Source: Eledone cirrhosa
Lineage: Eukaryota
Assembly (NCBI GenBank): GCA_964016885.1
Contig: OZ024746.1
Location: forward strand, 82,646,001 to 82,710,000
DNA length: 64,000 bases
Direction: 5' to 3'
Positions 1 through 14,500 of this stretch are shown in pieces. Every line of letters begins with the position of its first letter. Positions within the stretch are counted from its first letter, which is position 1. The translations under genes and the position numbers were made by a program. The notes below the pieces were generated by a model. It was not told where the DNA came from, made no database searches, and saw nothing but the letters and a program-made list of their open reading frames with translations.

Positions 1-1870
1 CATACCATACCATACCATACCATACCACACCACACCACACCACACCACACCACACCACACCACACCACACCACACCACACCACACCACACCACACCACAC
101 CACACCACACCACACCACACCACACCATACCATACCATACCATACCACACCACACCACACCACACCACACCACACCACACCACACCATACCATACCACAC
201 CACACCACACCACACCACACCACACCACACCACACCACACCACACCATACCATACCACACCACACCACACCACACCACACCACACCACACCACACCACAC
301 CACACCACACCACACCACACCACACCACACCACACCACACCACACCACACCATACCATACCACACCACACCACACCACACCACACCACACCACACCACAC
401 CACCACACCACACCACACCACACCACACCACACCACACCACACCACACCACACCACACCACACCATACCATACCATACCATACCACACCACACCACACCA
501 CACCACACCACACCACACCACACCATACCATACCACACCACACCACACCACACCACACCACACCACACCACACCACACCACACCATACCATACCATACCA
601 TACCACACCACACCACACCACACCACACCACACCACACCACACCACACCATACCATACCATACCACACCACACCACACCACACCACACCACACCACACCA
701 CACCACACCACACCATACCATACCATACCATACCACACCACACCACACCACACCACACCACACCACACCACACCACACCACACCATACCATACCATACCA
801 CACCACACCACACCACACCACACCACACCACACCACACCACACCACACCACACCACACCACACCACACCATACCATACCACACCACACGACACCACACCA
901 CACCACACCACACCACACCACACCACACCACACCACACCACACCATACCATACCATACCACACCACACCACACCACACCACACCACACCACACCACACCA
1001 CACCACACCACACCACACCATACCATACCATACCATACCACACCACACCACACCACACCACACCACACCACACCACACCACACCATACCATACCACACCA
1101 CACCACACCACACCACACCACACCACACCACACCACACCACACCATACCATACCATACCATACCACACCACACCACACCACACCACACCACACCACACCA
1201 CACCACACCATACCATACCATACCACCACACCACACCACACCACACCACACCACACCACACCACACCACACCACACCATACCATACCATACCATACCACA
1301 CCACACCACACCACACCACACCACACCACACCACACCACACCATACCATACCATACCACACCATACCATACCACACCACACCATACCATACCATACCACA
1401 CCACACCACACCACACCACACCACACCACACCATACCATACCATACCACACCGCACCACACCACACCATACCATACCATACCACACCACACCACACCACA
1501 CCATACCATACCACACCACACGACACTACACCAGACCACGCCTCACTACACCACACCACACCATACCATACCACACCACACCACACCACACCACACCACA
1601 CCACACCATACCATACCATACCACACCACACCACACCACACCACACCACACCACACCACACCATACCATACCATACCACACCACACCACACCACACCATA
1701 CCATACCACACCACACGACACTACACCAGACCACGCCTCACTACACCACACCACACCATACCATACCACACCACACCACACCACACCACACCACACCACA
1801 CCACACCACACCACACCACACCACACCATACCATACCATACCACACCACACCACACGACACTACACCATT
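1..1870. repeat. Pentanucleotide satellite (CCACA/CCATA)n, running off the window start
   Basis: Visible 5-bp period. The variant block CGACACTACACCAGACCACGCCTCACTAC recurs at ~1521 and ~1716. Confidence 0.98.
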
Positions 1871-2304
1871 ATTACCAGCAATGGCACCAACACTCGTATC
1901 ACTACTGCTATTAGTAGCACAATCACTATTACACCATTACTATCGTCACCAATAGAACCATACCCCCCCCCCCCCCCCCCCCCCCCCAGTCATCACCACT
2001 ACCGCTACACCCTCTACACAACCACCAACACCACCGGCATCCCCACCACCACCATCGCCGCCACCACTATTATCATCAACCTTATCCTTGACATCCTCTT
2101 CATCATCATCATCATCATTATCAACATTATCACTACCGTCAACCCCCTTCACCTCCCACACCACTGACCCCTCCCCCACCTTCTACTATGATACAACAAC
2201 GGTGATTGGGGACAAGCAATAGTCAGTCGACCGAATGGTCGTCTTAATTAAACACAAGCTATCATTCCCGCCTATCTCTTTCTTCTCCTCTCCCTTCATC
2301 TAAC

Positions 2305-3230
2305 TCCCTCTCTCTTATTATCACTTTTATTACATCTTCTCCTACCCCCTCTCTCTCGCTATAACCATTATTACGTCTTCTCGTACCCCCTCGCTCTTAC
2401 TATCACCTTTATTGCATCGTCTCCTATCCCCTCTCTCTTACTATCACATTTACTACATCTTCTCCCACCTCCTCTCTCTTACTATCACCTTTATTACGTC
2501 TTCTCCTACCCCCTCTCTCTTACTATCACCTTTATTACATCTTCTCCTACCCCCTCTCTCTTACTATCACCTTTATTACGTCTTCTCGTACCCCCTCTCT
2601 TTTACTATCACCTTTATTACGTCTTCTCGTACCCCCCTCTCTCAAACTATCACCTTTATTACATCTTCTCCTACCCTCTCTATCCCCTTTATTATGTCTT
2701 CTCCTACCCCTCTCTCTCGCTATCACCTTTATTACGTCTTCTCGTACCCCCTCTCTCAAACTATCACCTTTATTACGTCTTCTCGTACCCCCTCGCTCTT
2801 ACTATCACCTTTATTGCATCGTCTCCTATCCCCTCTCTCTTACTATCACCTTTATTACATCTTCTCCTACCCCCTCTCTCTAACTATAACCTTTATTACA
2901 TCTTCTCCTACCCCCTCTCTCTTACTATCACCTTTATTACGTCTTCTCCTACCCCCTCTCTCTTACTATCACCTTTATTACATCTTCTCCTACCCCCTCT
3001 CTCTTACTATCACCTTTATTACGTCTTCTCGTACCCCCTCTCTCTTACTATCACCTTTATTACGTCTTCTCGTACCCCCTCTCTCAAACTATCACCTTTA
3101 TTACATCTTCTCCTACCTTCTCTCTCTAACTATCCCCTTTATTATGTCTTCTCCTACCCCTCTCTCTCGCTATCACCTTTATTACGTCTTCCCCTACCCC
3201 CTGTTTCTCTCTCTTTCTCGCTATCATCTT
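2305..3230. repeat. ~40-bp pyrimidine-rich minisatellite, decaying into CT-rich sequence to ~4030
   Basis: Unit CTATCACCTTTATTACRTCTTCTCSTACCCCCTCTCTCTTA repeats about 20 times and explains the 534-aa ORF at 2412. Confidence 0.95.
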
Positions 3231-4188
3231 CTATACATCTTCGCTTGTCCCCTCTTTCTCTCGCTCCTTCTCTTTTTCTCCCTCTTTCTTTCTCCTTCCC
3301 TCTCACTCGCTTCGCTACCATCTTTCATACATCTGTTTCTCTCTCTCCCTCTCTTCTCTTCCTCTCTCTCTTCTTCCTCCTCTCTTACTATCACCTTTTT
3401 ATATACCTTCCCATTCCCCCCTAGCTCTCTTGCTATCACCTTTAGTACATCTTCTCCTCCCCTCTCTCTCGTTATCACCTTTTTATGCATCTTCTCTTGC
3501 TCCCCTCTCTCTCCCTCCTTCTCTCCCCCTCTCTCTCTCGCTACCGCCTTTCATACATCTGCTGCTTTCTCTCTCCCTTTCCTCTCTTCCTCTCTCTCCT
3601 CTTCCCCCCTCTCTCACTATCACCTTTTTATACATCTCCTGCCCCCCCCCTCTTCACTCTCTCGTTTTCCCTCTCCCTCTCGCTATCACCTTTTTATAAT
3701 CTTCTCCTGTCCTCTCTCTCTCCCTCTCTCTTGCTATCACCTTTCATACTTCTTCTGCTCCCTCTCCTTCTCCTTCGCTTTACCTCCCTCTCTACTCTTC
3801 CTCCCTCTCTCATTATCACCTTTTATACACCTTCCGCTCTCTCTCTCTCTCTTACTATTACCTTTTATACATCTCTTTCCCTCTCGCGCCCTCTTTATAC
3901 ATCTTTTCATCCTCTTCTCTCTTTCTCAATATTACTTTTTAAATATCTCCCCTCTCCCACTATCATTTGTTATACATCTTCCCTTCTCCCTCCCCTTCCA
4001 TTATCACCTTTTATAAATCTTCTCCTCCCCCCCAGCTAACTTTCGCCTCTTATACTTCTCCTGCCCCCACCACCCTCTTCTCCCACTCCCATTGGAAGGT
4101 GATGACTAGCTCAAGAGTTAAGTAACTGTGGTCGATTTTTTTAACGACAGCCGGCTTTATATAGATTTTATGACAGATTGTTGACAGG

Positions 4189-4720
4189 GCTGGTGTTGAA
4201 ATAACGGTATAGGTGGCGCTAGTGGTGGTGCTGGTGTTGAAATAACGGTATAGGTGGCGCTAGTGGTGGTGCTGGTGTTGAAATAACGGTATAGGTGGCG
4301 CTAGTGGTGGTGCTGGTGTTGAAATAACGGTATAGGTGGCGCTAGTGGTGGTGTTGGTGTTGAAATAACGGTATAGGTGGCGCTAGTGGTGGTGCTGGTG
4401 TTGAAATAACGGTATAGGTGGCGCTAGTGGTGGTGCTGGTGTTGAAATAACGGTATAGGTGGCGTTAGTGGTGGTGCTGGTGTTGAAATAACGGTATAGG
4501 TGGCGCTAGTGGTGGTGCTGGTGTTGAAATAACGGTATAGGTGGCGCTAGTGGTGGTGCTGGTGTTGAAATAACGGTATAGGTGGCGCTAGTGGTGGTGC
4601 TGGTGGTGAAATAACGGTATAGGTGGCGCTAGTGGTGGTGCTGGTGTTGAAATAACGGTATAGGTGGCGCTAGTGGTGGTGCTGGTGTTGAAATAATGGT
4701 ATAGGTGGCGCTAGTGGTGT
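4189..4720. repeat. 41-bp minisatellite, ~13 near-identical copies
   Basis: GCTGGTGTTGAAATAACGGTATAGGTGGCGCTAGTGGTGGT; period 41 (4191, 4232, ...). Confidence 0.97.
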
Positions 4721-5830
4721 TGTTGGTGGTAGTGGTGTTGTTGGTAGTGGTGTCGGTGGTAGTGGTGTTGGTGGTGGTAATAGTGGTAGTGGTGTTGGTG
4801 GAGGTGGTGGTGGTAGTGGTGGTTCTGGTATTGTTGGTAGTGGTGTTGGTGGTGGTAGTAGTGGTATTGGTGTTGGTAGTGGTGTTGGTGGTAGTGGTGT
4901 TGGTGGTGGTAGTAGTGGTGTTGGTGTTGGTGGAGGTGGTGGTAGTAGTGGTAATGGTGGGGGTAGTGGTGTTATTGGTAGTGGTGGTCGTGGTGGTGTT
5001 TGAGGTAGTGGTGTTAATAGTGGTAGTGGTGTTGGTGGTGTTGGTGGTAGTGGTGTTGGTGGTAGTGGTGGTGGGGGTGTTGGTGGTAGTGGTAGTGGTG
5101 GTGGTGTTGGAGGTAGTGGTATTGGTGGTGGGAGTGGTGTTGATAGTGGTAGTGGTGTTGGTGGTGGTAGTAGTGGTATTGGTGGTGGTAGTGGTGTTGT
5201 TGGTGGTAGTGGTGTTGTTGGTAGTGATGGTGGTGTTGGTGGTGGTAGTAGTGGTAATGTGGTAGTGGTGTTGTTGGTAGTGGTGGTGGTGTTGGAGGTA
5301 GTGGTATTGGTGGTAGTGGTGGTGGTGTTGGTGGTGGTGGTGTTGGTGGTGTTGGTGGTGGTGGTGGTGGTGGTGTTGGTGGTGGTGGTGGTGGTGGTGT
5401 TGGAAGATGAAGTGGCAGTAGTGTTGGTGTTGGTGGCAGATGTTGTGGTATTGGTGGTGGCAGTAGTGTTGGTGGTGGTGGTGGAGGACGTAGTGGTGTT
5501 GGTGATGGTAGTGGTGTTTGTGGCGATAGTGATGTTAATAGTGGTAATGGAGTTGGTGTTGATGGTGGAAGTGGTGTGTTGGTGGAGTTGGAGTGGTGTT
5601 GATGGTAGAAGTGGTGTTGATGGTGGTGTTGGTGATGGTAGTGGTGGTATTGGTAGTAATGGTTTCCATGTAGTTGACATGGGATTGGTACTAGTATCCG
5701 GTGTCGTGGAGGTGATAATGCTGGTTATAGTGGATGTTGTGGTGGCAGTGTTTGTGGTAGTTATGGCAGTAATGGCAGTAATGATAGTGGTGGTAAAGGT
5801 GGTGGTAGTGATGATTGCTTTGGTGCTGTT
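4720..5830. repeat. Degenerate (GGT/AGT/TGT)n low-complexity tract
   Basis: Trinucleotide decay producing poly-V/T/P pseudo-ORFs. Confidence 0.93.
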
Positions 5831-6099
5831 TATTGATGATATTTATCGGGTGATATCAAGATTATATATATATATATAGGTAAATCTCCGGGTAACAAAA
5901 TCAGGTGGTATTGAGCTGAGAGAGAGAAGTAGGAGGAAGCGTAGAAAGAGTCGCAGAGAGGGTAAAAGAACGTAAGAAAGGTGTAAAAAGGTAGCATGAA
6001 ATAGCTTGGAAGCGATTTATTAGTCCCTATATTTCGGATTTCCCATCCATCAACATGGGGAGGGGGGGTCCGAGAGGAAAGAGTTGCGTCGGCGCAGTT

Positions 6100-6790
6100 A
6101 GTTTGGGAGTGTCATGCTGCCAATAAAAATACACCCACATGTTGGTTTTCACTTCAATGTATTATACATTTCCGGTTGACTGGTTGGTTCAATAACCGGG
6201 TGGTTGTTTATATATTGTCAAGGCTCTTTCGTCACACATTCTGTGACCTCCTCAGTGTTTAATTTCTTATTTTGTGTCTCTCCTTTCTTCTGTCCTACAC
6301 CATCTTGTTTTTTTGTATGTTGTGTGCTGTGTGCTTAGTTTGCGCATGCGTTACATCTGGGTGTGGGTGTGTTTTTATTTATTTTTATTTATGTGTTTAT
6401 TTACTTGTCACTAGTTGGTTGCTTGTTGTATCTGTGTGTGTCTGGTTTCTTCTTTTAGTTTTTTTTGTGTGTCTCTGTATGTCTTTATTTTTCCCTAATT
6501 TATTAGTTGTGATGTTGCTATTCTACTCATGTTTTCTGTTTAATTTTGGTTGGAGTTCGTTTATGTTTGTCACCTCTGTAATTTGTCTGAGCATTGCGTC
6601 TTTTCTGTGTGTGGATATCATTTTTATCTCTATGTTCTCTAGTGTGCCCCTATGTTTCATTTTGGCATGTTGGTGGAGTACTGATGAGTTTGTTTCTCAT
6701 CCTGGAGTTCTCGCCAGTTCTCATTTATTCTTTCACCTATGCTATGAGCTGTCTCATCTATGTATGTTGTGTTCTTATTCCTACACTGTC
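6100..6790 (-). mobile_element. Penelope-like retroelement relic: GIY-YIG endonuclease remnant plus 3' terminal repeat with a degenerate HHR
   Basis: Minus strand ~6775-6520 reads TYIDETAHSIGE...SVLHQHAKMKH...MLRQITEVTNINELQPKLNRKHE with stops, matching the PLE endonuclease pattern YIGET..R..EH / RQI.E..I..P.LN. Downstream at 6255-6227 is CTGAGGA-g-GTCACAgaatgTGTGAC-GAAA. Homologous to 20250-20495 in the opposite orientation. Confidence 0.8.
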
Positions 6791-6829
6791 CCTCAGTACA
6801 TCTTATGCTATAAAGGCATAAAGGTCAAG

Positions 6830-7410
6830 TTGGATTCGCAAACTGCAAACGTCAAGATTGGTTCGATAACAACAATACTAGAATCTGCAATCCTCATTCC
6901 CAAACCAAGTAAGGTAACTCTTCCAATGAGAATATTCAAACACAAATCTGCTGAATCCAAAACAGTTCTTAGTAAAGAAAAGCAATACAATTTAAAGCTT
7001 TGCTGACCAACATCATATGCTTAACTTCTATGGACCTGTCAAGACAATACCAACGTCAATGACAGTATTTTGACAGTATTTTGACTGATGACGAAACAAT
7101 CTCAAAACGCTAGAGTGAACATTTCAACAACCTGCAGAAGAGGCTCCATGATTTCCAACAGATGATTGTCATGTAAATTCCACCCCATGTTTCACAAGCA
7201 GTTGTCAAAGTCAAAACATCCAACTCTCAAAGAACTTGACATTGCCATCAGCCAGATACATGAAAACAAAGCTCCTAGTTCTGATTTCTCTTCTTGCCGT
7301 ATAAACAAGGACGAAGATCGTTGAAAGCTCATCTACAACAATTGATTCTACGAATATGGGACCGAAGATTCGTCCCTAGCGATTTTAAAGATGTCAATAT
7401 TGCAATAAAG
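6830..7410 (+). mobile_element. RTE-clade LINE ORF2 fragment (decayed)
   Basis: Reads LTDDETISKR*SEHFNNL...PTLKELDIAISQIHENKAP...LKAHLQQLILRIWD..VPSDFKDVNI, the pre-RT region of RTE LINEs, with stops and frameshifts. Confidence 0.8.
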
Positions 7411-7449
7411 ATAACGACAAAATAAAAGTACAAATTTAATGTCACTGTA

Positions 7450-7990
7450 AAGAAAATAAATTAGTTTTAACGTTTCAAGCATAAAGCACTTTGTCAAGAT
7501 AAAGCAGTAAAAATGAAAAGAACTACCCCACCAAAAAGACCAACAAAAAAAATCAATCGAAATAAGACAGTATCGTGTGTGAAGGGGAGAAATATAGAAA
7601 GAAAGGAGTGGGTGAGAAATAGAGGAGCAGGAGGTAAAGAAGGTATGGGTAGGTGCTAATGATTCGGATGTCTGAATGCGTTACGGAGTGTGAATGTGGA
7701 GTGTTTTTTTGTGTCAAAAAAAGAAGCTAATCGATGACTGGTTTCTGTGGAAAAAGCCGTCTCAAACCGGAAGATCAATCGTTGTTTCTGGAAGAGTCGG
7801 TTGGATTCAGTGCTGTGTTACTAGAGAAGACCAACAACTGAAATATGACAATGAGGATGCCCAGGAGAATTGAAATAACGCACACCCAGCTGATCTTCTC
7901 TGAAACGACCAGCTGATTACAAGAGGTTACTCCGGTCCACTTCCATTCCGCTATGTGTAAACCACATTCGCACAATAGCACACAGACAAA
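7450..7990 (-). mobile_element. Second PLE relic: GIY-YIG C-terminus plus terminal repeat with a decayed HHR
   Basis: Minus strand reads LCECGLHIAE, then VRYFNSPGHPHCHISVVGLL..SNRLFQKQRLIFRF (pattern VARHFN..GH...EQRLIF.LG). At 7498-7465: cTTGACAAagtgctttatgcttGAAACGTTaaaa. Confidence 0.75.
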
Positions 7991-9166
7991 CTAAAGAACC
8001 TTAATGCCTGAAACGTTCAAACTCCTTTATTTCGTCACAATATTAACTATTTTGGATTTCCTTTTCGTCGACGCAGACCGAAGTTTAGACTATTCGGATT
8101 TTGGAGTGTTTATAACTACAAATAATTTCAGACGTATGTGTGTAATAGGGGAAGGAATCGGAAGTTGTGACGAATTTGTCTTTCATTAGCACACTAGCAG
8201 TGATGGTGAAATAAAGCGAATTAGCTATAACCGAATATCGAAACACAAATTGCTTACCGATAGACATTGCAAAGGTTTGTGAGCCTTTGCGTGTTTTCTC
8301 AGCCTGCTAGAAATAAAACCCAAATCTCCCTGAATTCGCGCATCCTATCATTAAATAAAAAAGGACATAATGTTGTCTTAGATAAATTATGCTTGGGTTG
8401 GTCATGTCAAAGCCTTAGATCATAGGTTTGCATAATCAGGGCTTACCTGGGGCTAAACAGCAACAACAATAACAACAGCAACATCGGCTTACCACATTAT
8501 CTTACATAATATCATTGGAATGAATATATTAGTCGTAAAATAATATAAAAGTGAATTGATTCAATCTTCATATATTGCAAATATATGGCAGAAATTTGAT
8601 TAATAAATGAAATAGAAGCCACCAGAATAGACGGTACTGACAAGGAACGGTTTAACTGAGAGGACGGTTTAGAAGAAATTAATTTATAGACAAATATCGT
8701 CCTGCGCAAAGTTAGCTGTCCATTGACCATTCTCGACCTTTCAACAGAAGAATGTCACCATTTTACGACTGAATCGTATTTGGTTTTATGATTTCCCGCA
8801 AATAAAGCAATTTATCGCCGCAAAAAGGATTAGCGAAGACAGGCTGGTGTGTGAAGTGAAAGTGTACGTATATTGGTCTAACTCTTAGACTGTATTCCCA
8901 AAATTTATGACGAAGTTTCTTTTCGCAAGAGTGCTGCAGTCAATTAAACAACTGATTACGTCCAGAAAGAGATAACCCTAAAAAGATTAACTTATAAGAG
9001 TTTATAAACTGACTCAAGAAACCACAGGCGTCTAAAGTGACATATATATTTTACTACTCGACAGTCCGACCTTATCAAATAAGCTATAATGAATGTATGT
9101 ATGTATGTATACGTAAGAATATATGTATTAATATATACATGTATTAATATATACATGTATATATAT

Positions 9167-9270
<104 letters not shown>

Positions 9271-9307
9271 TTATATGTATGCATATACATATATATATAT
9301 GTATGTG

Positions 9308-9376
<69 letters not shown>

Positions 9377-9597
9377 CAGGATGGATTCAGTTTGAAACTT
9401 GTTAGACTATTACTCAACAGAGTACTTGATACTTGGGGTAGTAGAGTAAGGTTATATTATAAAGAGTTGGGACCCGACAACTGACCCCTTGCCATTTCAT
9501 CTGGAACTAGCTGTTGAAATGCCATGAGCTCAGCCGTCGAGTCCCGATTCTTTATAATACACACACACACACATACACACATGTATTTACACACATG

Positions 9598-9643
<46 letters not shown>

Positions 9644-9811
9644 CATATATATTAGGTTATGCAAGAAATGCTTAGGATTATCCTGAATGCAGTAAGGGTT
9701 AATTACTACACTCGATGGAGTCGACGTACGGTGAGGAGTTACTCAACGAGTTACAAAAGAACAGTTACAGAAACTTGGTTTCCGATTCTTCTATATTCCG
9801 GTGTGTAGATT

Positions 9812-10026
9812 AAGAATGATTAATAAAACAGGTAGACATCATAAAAAGGTAATTTATTCCAAGTGTTTACAAATGTTTCTTTAGTAGTTACACACCCTAG
9901 TCATGCTATATGCAAATTGGTAGTTAATATAGCATGACTAGGCTGTGTAACTATTAAAGAAACATTTGTAAACACTTGGAATAAATTACCTTTTTATGAT
10001 GTCTACCTGTTTTATTAATCATTCTT
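9812..10026. repeat. Long fold-back inverted repeat (100-bp arms, 15-nt loop)
   Basis: 9812-9911 is the reverse complement of 9927-10026 with 2 differences. Confidence 0.95.
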
Positions 10027-10659
10027 TATCTATCTATCTATCTATCTATATATATATATGTCTATATATATATATATGTCTATATGTATATAAAGTTTAT
10101 GAAGCGTTTTTACTATAGAGCAATGAACTAGGACGCACGAAATATAACACAATTGGAAATATGTCGGGGGATATAGTCGCTTGAGATGGAAAAAATAGAT
10201 AGTCACCTGTGAATTTAAGGTAAAGTACAATGTATAAATACATATACAGGATCAATCACTTGTGGAGAAAGTCATTGATCTTCTTAAGGACACGAATTTT
10301 CTTCGCTGAGGATCAAAGCTACCAGGACGCACCTCAACTGGCCACCTTCATGATCTTACAGAGGTGCCTGAGGAATTCTGGGCAGCGCTTGTAATCTATA
10401 TGAGATACCTGTCGCATTAATAAACTCCTCAACCTACTTCAGTCTTGGTTTCCTCTAATTGAACTCTGTTGTTGCTGTTGTTGTTATTGTGTGTGTATGT
10501 GTGTATAGAGGGGATGAGTTAGGTTGGAATTTCTGTCTACTCAACAGATCAGTCAGAGTGTTAGGGGGGGAAAATGATTTTCTTTCTCTGTTAAGCATAT
10601 AAAAACGGCCACTACACTTGTCCCCTAGTAACAGTTTGCTGTACAGAAGTGTTGTCTTC

Positions 10660-11038
<379 letters not shown>

Positions 11039-11072
11039 TGCTTATACACGCGCCGACACAGACACACACACG

Positions 11073-11242
<170 letters not shown>

Positions 11243-11947
11243 TGCATACATACGTACATACGTACATACATACATACATATGTGTGTATATATATATTTT
11301 TGTATAAAGTGATTTCTTTTCTTTCGACTATAAATTCTCAGATTAATTTTGTTTGTTTGAGTTTTGTTTCGCTTTAAGAAATAAATGAATATTTTATTGG
11401 AAGTATATTAATTATGTTTAATGATGATTATATAAATGACAGTAATAATAACAACAGCAATATCAACAACAAACTAAATAAAAAGGAATATAAACAAGGA
11501 CCAGAAACAGAATCTCGGCAGATGGACGTTTTTTATTTGTATCGTGTTCAATTGAGCGGAATCAGTCACACAAATCATTCCTCCCCTAACCATTAAAGAA
11601 TATACGTTGCTTAATAGCAGTGACTGATTAGAATATACAATATAACGCTTGGCAATTCCTTTTCTAAGATAAGCCTCACAAAAATAACCAGTCTTACTCT
11701 CCACCCCAACATTATAAAATCAACGCTTGCTTGTTCAGAGCTGTTCAGTTATCGAAATACGTAATATGAAATCAACAACAGATTGGTGGTTTTGTTGGGG
11801 GTCAGACTTTAGCTAAGATCCAGATTTTCACGAAGAAAAAAAAAAAAAAAGTCGATTTTTGAGCCTGTAACGTCTACCAGGCCCATACTGGATCTTCACT
11901 GTGTATTGATAAATGTATTCAAGTATTGATATTAATAAGAGTATTAG

Positions 11948-12106
11948 TAAGGCCGGAATTTTACCTGCTGGGGCCCTAACCTAAGGTATATGAAATTTGA
12001 GGCCCTTCTCTAAAAAAACTTCGGGTAAAAAAAATTAAAAGAATTATACATGATTATTATTTTTTTATATTAATGTTTATGATAACGAATAAATAAAATG
12101 TACATA

Positions 12107-12197
<91 letters not shown>

Positions 12198-12294
12198 CAA
12201 TGGCAAAATAAAAATATATTTTAAAATACAAGGCCCCCCAGTGTGTGTGGCCCTAAGCTATAGCTTATTTAGCTTAGAGGTAAGCCCAGCTCTG
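11948..12294. mobile_element. hAT-type MITE
   Basis: Degenerate CAGGGCCGG-like TIRs (TAAGGCCGGAATT ... AAGCCCAGCTCTG); 8-bp TSD AGTATTAG/GGTATTAG. Confidence 0.65.
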
Positions 12295-12424
12295 GGTATT
12301 AGTAAAGTAAGACTATGAGGTTTAGAAAAGTTGATGGTAGACTCGAGAACTTTATTGCTGTTCTAAGCAGTAAAAAAAAAAAAATTATACCTAGAACAGA
12401 GCCCTATCTTCAATAGAACACACA

Positions 12425-12513
<89 letters not shown>

Positions 12514-12719
12514 ACACACACACACACACACATACACACACACACACACAAATATATACACACATACGCATGCAGAGTCAGTCACACACACAGGCCTCCG
12601 CACATATACACATACAGGGACAGGCAGATACCCACGTTGCGGAGTGCTTACGTCTGTTTACACTCAAGTCGGTCGATTACTTGATCAACCAACGTTTTTT
12701 ATTTAGAATAATTATATAT

Positions 12720-12913
<194 letters not shown>

Positions 12914-12980
12914 CATATATATATATACATACATATATATATATACATATATATATATATATTCATATATATATATACAC

Positions 12981-13013
<33 letters not shown>

Positions 13014-14164
13014 CACACACATAAATTGTTGGTAAATTACCTATTTACATTGTGAAATAATTTATTATAGATATTTCATAACATTCTAGGTGTGTAAACA
13101 TTTCAGTATTAATATAACATATTTTGTTCTGTTTGCTAATAGAAAGACTCGTGCTGAGCTGTCATCCTTGTTGCCTTCACGGTGTAGCTGAAATAGAAAA
13201 AGGAAGGCATGAAAACATAGGTACAAAAGCCCCGTTACCACCATCTCCACCACCGTCACCAGCACCAGCACCAGTACCAGCACCACCAGCACCACCACCG
13301 TTACCAACACCAGCACCAGCACCAGCACCACCATCAGAACTACCACCACCACCTACAGCTACCACTATTATACAATCATATTAAGTTGGGTGGTTAGATA
13401 TCAACAAGTAAGTCTGATGGGGTGTTGCTTGGACTTGTCGCGTTACTTGTTTTGTAAACATTAATAAAAAAATTATCCAAATATTTGAAAACACCACTAC
13501 AGAAGATAACGATGGAGCCTTTATTTGCTCGCTCGATCTTCTAGAAATAGCAGCCACAAGAAAAAAACAAAACAAAACAAAACAAAAGAGCCGGTCGTCA
13601 GATCAGATATATGAGACAATGTTTCTATTGGTCTTTTCATTGCTGGTTTTGGTATCACCATCTTCGTGTTCCTCGGTAGTAAGCCTCTCATCTGAAGGCG
13701 ATATGTAGCGACACTCTTTTCAGAGGCAACTTGGTGCATTAGACGACAAACCGAGATTTCGTTGCTGGACAAGCTGAAAATCACAAACTGTTGGAATATC
13801 GACCGCTTTCTGATAAGGTCTGTCGTTGAACCTGTAGCGGTGGACATTTCTGGACTCACAGCAACCGTGGCTGAGTTGACCACCAGTTGGTATGGCTATT
13901 TCAATGCGAGTTCCCCTTTATTCTCTTGGATAGCGCTTTCTCTAATCTGTCCGCTGGAACCATGAGACAGCTGGCTCTTGGGTTTCTGCACACCAGAGTG
14001 CGGTTTTCCACATTTTCCAGACATATATAATTGGGGTAATGGCGGTAAAGGCTGTTGATATTTATGCTTACAAACACACTTTCAAAGATTTAGCAATATT
14101 GCTGAAACTATATGCTGGCCGTATTTTGTCTCAAGAGCACAACACACCGTCCTGTCCAGTAATC

Positions 14165-14275
14165 CAGACCTGTCAACTCTCCACGTCCGACGGGGAGATC
14201 TCCCACCCACTTTAGGGTGGGTAAGAAATATCTTCTCTTCTGAAAATAGGTATAGCTTTCAATACGTAAAATCTC
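14165..14275 (-). mobile_element. Partial copy of the CAGACCTGCCAAC-terminated MITE
   Basis: Reverse-complement match to ~59520-59625. Confidence 0.7.
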
Positions 14276-14500
14276 TTTTTTTACTTCCTTTCTCTTTTTC
14301 TTTTTCCTGAAGAAATCAGACCTAAAGAAAGGGATGGGCTCTACTAGGTTTAAATTGACGAAAATATGTTGTATGTCAGTACGGCTCCTCCACGGTTCCA
14401 CCAGGAATCATGGGGTGGGAGTACGTACGTACATACATACATACATAGAAACATACATACATACATATATACAAACAAACAAACAAATCCCGTAAATAAT

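Noticed and set aside
2412-4016. 534-aa ORF
   Set aside because: Translation of a 40-bp minisatellite and CT-rich sequence; non-ATG start.
4189-4720. CRISPR-like periodic array
   Set aside because: Contiguous identical units with no spacers; eukaryotic context.
7081-7105. TTGA-CTGATGA-C-GAAAC..ATC-TCAA hammerhead-like string
   Set aside because: No stem II; it is RTE coding sequence (LTDDETIS).
13640-13900. Faint histone H3 resemblance (TDLIRKRSIFQQFV; HRYR..YQK)
   Set aside because: The motifs overlap in different frames and are not colinear; likely chance.
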